In this document: positions 57,595 to 64,000 of the stretch, piece after piece | How the letters are laid out: each line of letters opens with the position of its first letter | How positions within the stretch are numbered: position 1 is the stretch's first letter | Virus record (IMG/VR): IMGVR_UViG_3300047160_014082 | Location: 1 to 64,000 of that record | DNA from: a virus | Lineage: Duplodnaviria > Caudoviricetes | Direction: 5' to 3' (one strand) | DNA length: 64,000 bases | Notes under the pieces: generated by a model | Database searches by the model: none | What the model saw: the letters and a program-made list of their open reading frames with translations, nothing else | Told to the model about the DNA's origin: nothing | Translations under genes and position numbers: made by a program

Positions 57595-58407
57595 ATGACG
57601 GTCAACAACGCGCGCTTTCGGGCTATCCATCATCGGCTTGTAGATCCACGTACCGGGACGCGCATTTTCGTAGCTACCTGTCCGGACGGAATAACGGGAC
57701 ATCGCTTTTTGGCTACCTATCTACGCTTGTTGGAACCGAGAACCTACAAACGCATATTCTCCACCAACTTTTGCGGCCAGATTGTCAATAGCGAGCGCTT
57801 CCTATCGCGCTATTTGATCCGCGATCCCAAGACCAACAAGCGCATTTTCACCAGCGACTGCTGTCCGGGGGGGACTGGTTCCGGCACGGGCTTTCGTGCC
57901 TGTTCCTGTTGTCCGGATCCCAAGCCTTGCTATCACGTCACCTATAACAGCGCTACCCGTCCAGGAACATTCCCTCCATGTCCTGGCTGTCCCTGCACCG
58001 ATGGCATGACGCATCAAATTTGCATCTACCAGTTTTTGGTGGTAGATAAAGCCCAATGTCAATATGGCCAAGTAGCTCTGGTTTGGCGGGGCTCTGTAGG
58101 TGGCATCAATTGCATTCCTGAACAGGGTCCGAAATGCTTTGGCGCTCAGCTACGCTGCAATTATGTCGTCGGCGGCCCGCATGAGGGTTGTGGCCTGTAT
58201 GAGTTCAAGGTACGTTGTAAGCCAGATGGCGATTGTGGTAACGACAGCATTAGCATGGACTGGAACGACAGTCAGCTCGACAATGGCGTCACGGCTTGTA
58301 CGTGTGATCCTTTCCATCTGGTGTATGGTTTCCAGCAAATTACATCAGCCTCAACAGACTGTTGTCTGGCCGAGAATTGTATGGTCACCGCAGACATTGT
58401 GAATTGA
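57595..58407 (+). CDS. Cys-rich protein with three N-terminal RF......(D/E)P(R/K)T..RIF repeats
   Basis: Repeats visible in the translation; many Cys in the C-terminal two-thirds. Confidence 0.65.
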   Translation: MTVNNARFRAIHHRLVDPRTGTRIFVATCPDGITGHRFLATYLRLLEPRTYKRIFSTNFCGQIVNSERFLSRYLIRDPKTNKRIFTSDCCPGGTGSGTGFRACSCCPDPKPCYHVTYNSATRPGTFPPCPGCPCTDGMTHQICIYQFLVVDKAQCQYGQVALVWRGSVGGINCIPEQGPKCFGAQLRCNYVVGGPHEGCGLYEFKVRCKPDGDCGNDSISMDWNDSQLDNGVTACTCDPFHLVYGFQQITSASTDCCLAENCMVTADIVN

Positions 58408-58410
58408 ACT

Positions 58411-60216
58411 ATGGATACTCCAACTACAGCAAATACAGCTCCGAAAAAAATCAGATCCTTGGATTGTGAGTGCCCAGCTCCGGGCTATTGCCCGAAATAT
58501 GAACGCAAGATGCTAGGACGCTTATGGGAGCTGTGTAGCGGTCATTGCCACCCGGAGCGTCCCTGCACCCGGGATATGATTCTGTCCTATCGGAAACACT
58601 TCGTTGAACTCTATTTAGGCTTGAGTAAGGAGGAAATCGACCGTCTGGAAGTAGAAACAATCGTTGAGGAGCATAAACGCACACCAAGTCCGGCTCCTAG
58701 AGAAATGCGCCGGGCGCTGCCTTGTGCCTACCTAGGACCTGAAAAGGACCAGAATGTCTGCGGGAGCTGCACAAATAATACTCGTGTCAAGGTCTTTTCT
58801 TGTTCTAATCCTGGCAAGCCTGATGGCCGCACTACGTTACGATTTTGCTGGGATCATTGCCCAATTTATACCCCTGAATACGGATCCTGGAACGATCTGC
58901 CCGAACCTGTGCAGATGCCATCGGAGAATATGAGCCTGGTGTCTGCTCTCAAGCTTCTGGATTCTCCCCCCATCGTTCCCCAAGGAAGCCAGGCTGAATG
59001 GTCCAGCTGGAAGGTAGTATCGGACGCTCACATAATTGGTGCTGATGCTGCTGCGGCGAGGGCGCTGCGCCTATCCTGTCCTAGCCTGCCCCAGGAAAAG
59101 GGTATTGTTATGGGTGTGGGGGGAACAGACTTGTATACTCAAGCTTGGGTTTGCACCAAGCGCCTGCGCGACCTGGGTTGTAAGCTGCCGATTCAGTGGT
59201 GGTATATCGGGCTTGGGGAAATGGACCCGACGATGATCGACCTGGTACAAAGCGAGTTGAACGTCGAATGCGTTAACGCTCGGGACCATACAGCACTACA
59301 TCCGGCGCGGATCCTGGCCGGCTGGGAACTCAAGCCTTACTCTATTATCCATTCTCCTTTCTACCAGGTCTTGTATCTGGATGCAGACAATACCCCCTGC
59401 CGGGATCCTACTTACTTGTTCGATGCTATGTTATTCCAAGAGCTTGGCGCTGTGTTCTGGCCCGACATCCCACCGCCCAACCGGATGGAATGGATTCCGC
59501 CCAAAGCTTGGGAATCGTGTGGTATGGCTTACATCAGCAGCCGCGCTTTTGAAACGGGCCAACTTATGGTAGACAAGCGCAAATGTTGGCCCGCGCTACA
59601 ACTTACCATGTGGATCAATGAGCACTCGGATCGTTTCTACCGGGTCGTGTATGGGGATAAGGATACTTTCCTGCTAGCCTGGACAAAGACGAATACCCGC
59701 TATGCCATGCCTGGGCGTGGCGCTGATGACAACGGTGCCGGCTTGACTCATTTTGATCTGCAAGACAATCGAATCTTTCAGCATCGCTGTCAACACAAAT
59801 GGCGCTATCAAGGACCGAATCGCAGCCCCCGTACCTTCTATTTTGGTGCGGAATGCCTGCAAATCATCGATGGCCTATGCCAGCGTTGGTGTGGGCGTCC
59901 TTGGGATCCTCAGTATATGAGCCCGGATGAAGACAGGCTAGCAGATGAAGTAGTCGGCCTATATCAATACGAGCGCATTGGTTTGAATATCCGGCCCTTG
60001 CAATTGATGCAGAATGGGAAGATAGGAACAGGACGTGCGGGCTGTGAAGATTATTGGAGTTTGTATATCTTGAATGGAGTTCCGACGCTGATTATCGGCG
60101 GGGGTGGACGAGCAACGATGTTCTTGACCGGGGGTTTGAACCGTGGGATTTGGCGCGGGCGTTGGGAATACTACGAGCGCTGCCCCGTGGCTTTGGTAAA
60201 ATTGGAGGGGTGCTAA
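58411..60216 (+). CDS. GT71/Mnn2-like mannosyltransferase domain with a Cys-rich N-terminus
   Basis: GIVMGVGG, LR.LGC.LPI, GWELKPYSIIHSPF..VLYLDAD, AVFWPD, ETGQL..DK, YGDKDTF..AW. Confidence 0.8.
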   Translation: MDTPTTANTAPKKIRSLDCECPAPGYCPKYERKMLGRLWELCSGHCHPERPCTRDMILSYRKHFVELYLGLSKEEIDRLEVETIVEEHKRTPSPAPREMRRALPCAYLGPEKDQNVCGSCTNNTRVKVFSCSNPGKPDGRTTLRFCWDHCPIYTPEYGSWNDLPEPVQMPSENMSLVSALKLLDSPPIVPQGSQAEWSSWKVVSDAHIIGADAAAARALRLSCPSLPQEKGIVMGVGGTDLYTQAWVCTKRLRDLGCKLPIQWWYIGLGEMDPTMIDLVQSELNVECVNARDHTALHPARILAGWELKPYSIIHSPFYQVLYLDADNTPCRDPTYLFDAMLFQELGAVFWPDIPPPNRMEWIPPKAWESCGMAYISSRAFETGQLMVDKRKCWPALQLTMWINEHSDRFYRVVYGDKDTFLLAWTKTNTRYAMPGRGADDNGAGLTHFDLQDNRIFQHRCQHKWRYQGPNRSPRTFYFGAECLQIIDGLCQRWCGRPWDPQYMSPDEDRLADEVVGLYQYERIGLNIRPLQLMQNGKIGTGRAGCEDYWSLYILNGVPTLIIGGGGRATMFLTGGLNRGIWRGRWEYYERCPVALVKLEGC

Positions 60217-60217
60217 A

Positions 60218-60904
60218 ATGGGGCTGTGCTTCCGACCAAATACCTGGGATCAAGCCATCTGGGAAAGCGTGTCTCTGCGGAACGAGTACCAACTACCCGA
60301 TTCTCTGGTAGGCCGCAGTGTGGTAGATATTGGCGCGCATATTGGTTCTTTCGCCGCTGCCTGCTTGCGCCGGCACGCTGCCAAGATCTACTGTTACGAG
60401 GCCAATTGGGACAATGTAAAGTGCATGGTTCATAATCTGCATTCTGCTCTGGAGGCTTGGCAGACGGTAGAAATACATCACTTGGCAGTCTGGAGAGCCA
60501 ATGAAAATCCTGGCTATATGCGTCTAGTCGAGCCAGCTGGCGTAGATTGCAATACGGGTGGACGGTTTGTTACTACGGATAATCTAGGGATGGAAACTGT
60601 GGGGGTTGTGGGTATTGATGAAGTGCTACAACGGACAGCTACGCGCAGTTCTACAAATGGCTGCCCAAATCGAGTGGGCTTGCTAAAGATGGATTGCGAA
60701 GGAGCGGAATGGGACCTGTTGCGGACCAGCCAATGTTTGGATCTGGTAGATGAAGTAGTGGGAGAGTATCACTTGGTTCCGAGACAGGAAGAAGAACGGG
60801 GCAGCGTGGAAAACCTAATGACCTACTTACACCGAGCTGGCTTTCAGACACGTACTAAGCTGTCCTCGACTTACTTGGGATTATTCTGGGCCTGGAGGGG
60901 TTAA
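60218..60904 (+). CDS. FkbM-like methyltransferase
   Basis: VVDIGAHIGSF, CYEA, LLKMDCEGAE, VGEYH. Confidence 0.88.
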   Translation: MGLCFRPNTWDQAIWESVSLRNEYQLPDSLVGRSVVDIGAHIGSFAAACLRRHAAKIYCYEANWDNVKCMVHNLHSALEAWQTVEIHHLAVWRANENPGYMRLVEPAGVDCNTGGRFVTTDNLGMETVGVVGIDEVLQRTATRSSTNGCPNRVGLLKMDCEGAEWDLLRTSQCLDLVDEVVGEYHLVPRQEEERGSVENLMTYLHRAGFQTRTKLSSTYLGLFWAWRG

Positions 60905-60921
60905 TTGGAGGAGGATGAGAC

Positions 60922-61260
60922 ATGCCTGTCGTACAAAGTTTCCAATTCATTCGGTTCCAGGACGGCCTCCTGGAAATTGGTATGCTGCCGTCTGAGCCCA
61001 TTTCCGGTTGGAGCATCAACTTTCAGGTCTTTACCCGGCCTGGGGGTACAGTACCGCTCATCAACAAGTACCTGGCATCGGGCTTCATCAACGGCGAGAG
61101 CGGCATGTACCTGGTGAATGGGGCCGCGGGTGTGTACTCGGTGGCGCTGCACGCCGGCGATACTAGTGGTTTTCTGAACGCAAATTACTATTACACCAAT
61201 ACGCGCACGGATTCGGGGAACGTCAAGGAATTGTCGCGGGGATTCATCACGATGAGGTGA
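60922..61260 (+). CDS. Ig-like (BppU-N-like) putative virion protein, SG-enriched
   Basis: Beta-sandwich pattern; 5 of 10 Ser are followed by Gly. Confidence 0.5.
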   Translation: MPVVQSFQFIRFQDGLLEIGMLPSEPISGWSINFQVFTRPGGTVPLINKYLASGFINGESGMYLVNGAAGVYSVALHAGDTSGFLNANYYYTNTRTDSGNVKELSRGFITMR

Positions 61261-61652
61261 GGTGGGATATGCAGAAGGTGAATTTGAAGGCGACGGGGCA
61301 AGCGGCTCTGGTAGCCGTGAAAGCCATTCTCAAGCTGGCTGACAAAGCGGTGAAGAAGAGGGAGCCGGAGGCCCCCAAGGTTCACCGCACCCACAAGCTC
61401 GACTCCGCGGGCTGGCTGGAGAGCGGCCGCTGGGTGAACGTGTCGAGCAGTAACGTCCATTCCATCCGGTACGACCAAGCGATGGCCATCTTGTTCGTCC
61501 GTTTTCAGAACGACCAAGGTGGCCCCGGCGCCGAGTATGCTTACTACAACGTGCCGCGGCGGATCGCCAAGGGGATGTTTAATGCGGGATCGATGGGAAA
61601 ATATGTTTGGAGTCATTTGAGGGATAAATATTCCTATGCTAGGCTTAATTGA
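61257..61652 (+). CDS. KTSC domain protein
   Basis: VSSSNVHSIRYD....LFVRF....YAYYNVP......NAGSMGKY. Confidence 0.88.
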   Translation: MRWDMQKVNLKATGQAALVAVKAILKLADKAVKKREPEAPKVHRTHKLDSAGWLESGRWVNVSSSNVHSIRYDQAMAILFVRFQNDQGGPGAEYAYYNVPRRIAKGMFNAGSMGKYVWSHLRDKYSYARLN

Positions 61653-62220
61653 CAGTTCTCCACTTCTTGCGGTTTATAATATGGCAAACTAGGGTATCAC
61701 TTATGTTGAAACGCTCGGCCAGTTCTTTTTGGGTGTAATGGCCAGAAGTGTACAAAGCTCGAAGTTCCCTTACTGACTTTACAGTCATCTTGCTTTGCAT
61801 TCCGTTTGATTCACCTATATTATAATGTACCCCTTTTGGTCCTATCCTTCGATCCGTTCCGTGAAACACCTTGTCCCGTTCATTTTCTTGGTACGTTCCC
61901 CATTGAATATTATTAAGATTACAATTAGACGGGTTCCGGTCTGGAAAGTGCCGACAAATCATCCCTTCGGGGCGGGGTCCTACGAAGGACAAGAGGACTA
62001 AATGATGAACAAAAAAGACTTTGACCTGTTTTTCTTTGCATAGGGTGACAGTGAGCCGGCCCTTGTTATCCGCACGGGGTTTTAGAATTCTTCCTTGGAT
62101 TTTACACGTTTTTCCTTTCCCATAGGGAACAATACGAGGTATGGAACGGATGCTTCCTAAATTAGAAGCCTGATAATACTCCTCGTATCCAGGAACATCT
62201 TTCCATACCTCGTCTTTCAT
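61645..62220 (-). mobile_element. NUMOD4-HNH homing endonuclease gene
   Basis: EVWKDVPGYEEYYQASNLGSIRS (NUMOD4); VHHLVL..FVG...RH...N.SNCNLNNI.WGT..EN (HNH); visibly AT-richer than the flanks. Confidence 0.9.
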
Positions 62221-62234
62221 ATTTTTCTCCCATC

Positions 62235-62297
62235 ATGGGCAAGTACGTCTGGGCCAAGCTGCGCGACAAGTACAGCTATGCCAAACTCAACGGCTAG
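62235..62297 (+). pseudogene. Orphan duplicate of the KTSC 3' end
   Basis: Encodes MGKYVWAKLRDKYSYAKLNG*, versus MGKYVWSHLRDKYSYARLN* at 61593-61652. Confidence 0.8.
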
Positions 62298-62530
62298 GTT
62301 CGGGCCACGGGATTGGTGTAGGTCCCGGAAATGCGCTTGGTGCTGGCCCCGCAGCCCTCGTCCCAGCGCTTGCCCATGTCTTCGATTTCCAGGGTGAAGA
62401 TGATCCGGCCACAGTTTTTGCATTTACGTTTGCGGACCACCTTGCCAGGGCGCTCGTCCCGAGTATCCAGAACTTCCTGACGGCCCTTCTGGCAATACTT
62501 GCAGATCATCATTCCCTCGCACTTCTTCAT
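62294..62530 (-). CDS. NrdR-N-like zinc ribbon protein (no ATP cone)
   Basis: MICKYC...EVLDTR....VVRKRKCKNCGRIIFTLE. Confidence 0.7.
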   Translation of the reverse strand: MKKCEGMMICKYCQKGRQEVLDTRDERPGKVVRKRKCKNCGRIIFTLEIEDMGKRWDEGCGASTKRISGTYTNPVART

Positions 62531-62858
62531 GGGTCCATATGTAGGTCACACCAGCGATGGTAAAGATTTCTTCGTCGTAGCGCTTTCTCAGGTCAGTAAG
62601 GTGATAAACCATCGTTTTCTCGTAAACGGCTCTTATGGCATAGGCCGCACCAAGACAATACATCGCTTGGCAGAGCACAAACGATAGCCACGGAAGCGGT
62701 CCCATACCTAATTGCCAGGTCATAAACCAGACATAGACTTGGAAGGCTCCCCCAGCCACTACAAACATAATCAAGGGGGCTCTCATCAGGAGTGCTCGTA
62801 GCACGAGCTTGGCCCAGCTGCGCTTGGTACGCTTAAATCGTCGTTGGGGTAAAAGCAT
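62424..62858 (-). CDS. Membrane protein with two predicted TM helices
   Basis: Two hydrophobic segments; the last ~35 codons overlap the zinc-ribbon gene. Confidence 0.5.
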   Translation of the reverse strand: MLLPQRRFKRTKRSWAKLVLRALLMRAPLIMFVVAGGAFQVYVWFMTWQLGMGPLPWLSFVLCQAMYCLGAAYAIRAVYEKTMVYHLTDLRKRYDEEIFTIAGVTYIWTHEEVRGNDDLQVLPEGPSGSSGYSGRAPWQGGPQT

Positions 62859-62860
62859 AA

Positions 62861-63448
62861 CTACTCTCCTAAATCGTAAACCTTGTTACCCACACACAGG
62901 TCGGGGATGTGGGTGGCCATGATGAATTGGATCCCTAATTCCTGGGCCAGCTCGCGAATGAGCTGAGCGGCCCGGGGCCGGCATTCCTTGTCTAGGAACT
63001 TGAACGGCTCGTCTTGAACGAGCAACTTGCGTTTCGCGGGATGGCTCAGACACAAGCAGGCCAGGCGCTGGGCGAAACCGATCATATCGCAAACCCCCCC
63101 GCCGGCCTGGTGCAAAGGGTCGTCCAGCTCCAGGCCGTCCCGATACAGAACAACAACGGCTTCCGTCTTGCCACGCTTCTGTTCGAACTTGATTTCTACT
63201 GAGTAGGGCTGTTCATACACGGCTTCCAAGCAGCGTGTAACGACCTTGGCAATTCTTTGGCTGACCTGGTTCTGAACCTGTTGGGCGACCTCCTGGCAAA
63301 GCTTCTGGGCGCCCTGGGTATACCCCAAGGCAATCTTGTCGTTCTTGATGGCCTTCTTGATGGTCTTGATGTCCCGTACGATCCCCTGATGTTCCGTTAA
63401 TAGCCGGTCCAAGTTTTTCCGCCATCTGTCTAGCTCGACGTCGAGCAT
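62861..63448 (-). CDS. SbcC/Rad50-like C-terminal half (coiled coil, ABC signature, Walker B)
   Basis: QAGGGVCDMIGFAQRLA and LLVQDEPFKFLD; no Walker A; likely start ATG 63448. Confidence 0.8.
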   Translation of the reverse strand: MLDVELDRWRKNLDRLLTEHQGIVRDIKTIKKAIKNDKIALGYTQGAQKLCQEVAQQVQNQVSQRIAKVVTRCLEAVYEQPYSVEIKFEQKRGKTEAVVVLYRDGLELDDPLHQAGGGVCDMIGFAQRLACLCLSHPAKRKLLVQDEPFKFLDKECRPRAAQLIRELAQELGIQFIMATHIPDLCVGNKVYDLGE

Positions 63449-63677
63449 GATTGTCGTTGCTCCTTTTCCGGCACGTTGGGCACAAGACGATCCCAGGACC
63501 GCGCCGCCGGCCGCAGACGGGGCACAAGCCCTGAGCCTTGCGTTGTTCATAACGTTCCTTGGCCTTAGCGATGATGCTGCGCATACATTCCTTGCAAACG
63601 CTGGCCCCAGGTTGGGGGGCACCACAAGCACCACAACGGTCGGCTTCCCGGTAACGTAAGTATGATAGGCTACTCAC
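63213..63677 (-). CDS. Multi-CxxC zinc-finger protein
   Basis: CGACG..VCKEC..LCPVCG..LCPTC; the C-terminal part overlaps the SbcC-like gene. Confidence 0.6.
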   Translation of the reverse strand: MSSLSYLRYREADRCGACGAPQPGASVCKECMRSIIAKAKERYEQRKAQGLCPVCGRRRGPGIVLCPTCRKRSNDNHARRRARQMAEKLGPAINGTSGDRTGHQDHQEGHQERQDCLGVYPGRPEALPGGRPTGSEPGQPKNCQGRYTLLGSRV

Positions 63678-63932
63678 TTATAGATCCTCCAAGGCTTTGC
63701 GGACTTGAGGCTCCGTCTGTTCCCGCCAGACGGTGCGTCTCTCATCTACTTCGGGCTCTTCCTTCGCTAGCAGTTGTTGTAATTTGGCCAGGCGCTTCTT
63801 CAGCTGCTCCAGGTCTAAACCCTCATCTTCCTTGTGTTGCTGAATCTGGCCTTCGGTCTGATGTAACAGGCGCTCATACTGCTTCTCCAGTTCTTTCAGC
63901 TCCCGATACTCATCTGGGGTTAGGGGTTTCAT
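63678..63932 (-). CDS. Coiled-coil protein (possible middle piece of a split SbcC)
   Basis: Heptad-rich, charged. Confidence 0.55.
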   Translation of the reverse strand: MKPLTPDEYRELKELEKQYERLLHQTEGQIQQHKEDEGLDLEQLKKRLAKLQQLLAKEEPEVDERRTVWREQTEPQVRKALEDL

Positions 63933-64000
63933 TTTTTGTCCCCACCCATGGCTGCTAGGGCACGTTGCCGCAAGCCATCGGAAACTTGGCCATGATCCAT
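63929..64000 (-). CDS. 3' end of a gene truncated by the window edge
   Basis: ...MDHGQVSDGLRQRALAAMGGDKK*; TGA overlaps the ATG at 63932. Confidence 0.5.
   Translation of the reverse strand: MDHGQVSDGLRQRALAAMGGDKK

Noticed and set aside
61667-61695. Promoter-like TTGCGG-N17-TAGGGT
   Set aside because: Inside the HNH coding region on the opposite strand, with different spacing from the four-site consensus; probably chance
1-64000. Alternative genetic code
   Set aside because: Standard-code ORFs tile the window almost without gaps, and conserved proteins are not fragmented

Overview
The window is a densely coded, GC-rich segment of a large tailed dsDNA phage with an HK97-type head and a siphovirus-like tail. 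The host is probably a planctomycete, judged from the style of its host-like exported proteins. Gene order: exported proteins, two with CxxCH haem motifs (0-5.7 kb); a lone divergent Csf1/Cas8-like gene; portal (6.7 kb); Ser-Gly-rich fibre/decoration genes and a hydrazine-synthase-alpha-like dihaem protein (8.4-22 kb); a ~15 kb glycan/methylation cluster (glycosyltransferases, UDP-sugar dehydrogenase, methyltransferases, intein-containing B12 radical SAM, GroES, Acb2-like protein; 22.8-37.8 kb); a polyvalent head protein, a giant prohead protease and the major capsid protein (38-47.6 kb); neck and tail genes (47.7-58.4 kb); a GT71-like glycosyltransferase, an FkbM methyltransferase, KTSC and an inserted HNH; then convergent SbcCD-like genes. 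No terminase, tRNA, integrase or CRISPR array was seen. Top leads: (1) Ser-Gly dipeptides are strongly enriched in accessory virion proteins but not in enzymes, portal or MCP, alongside a phage-encoded glycan pathway, suggesting an SG-directed virion glycosylation system; (2) an intein whose endonuclease is a separate gene nested in the +1 frame; (3) shared Lys-cleavage/targeting motifs suggesting head polyproteins; (4) an identical TTTCATAAT +1 frameshift motif at two gene starts; (5) a triple hairpin-terminator RNA array; (6) an HNH cassette that replaced the 3' end of its target gene. All family assignments come from motif recognition by eye; no searches were run.
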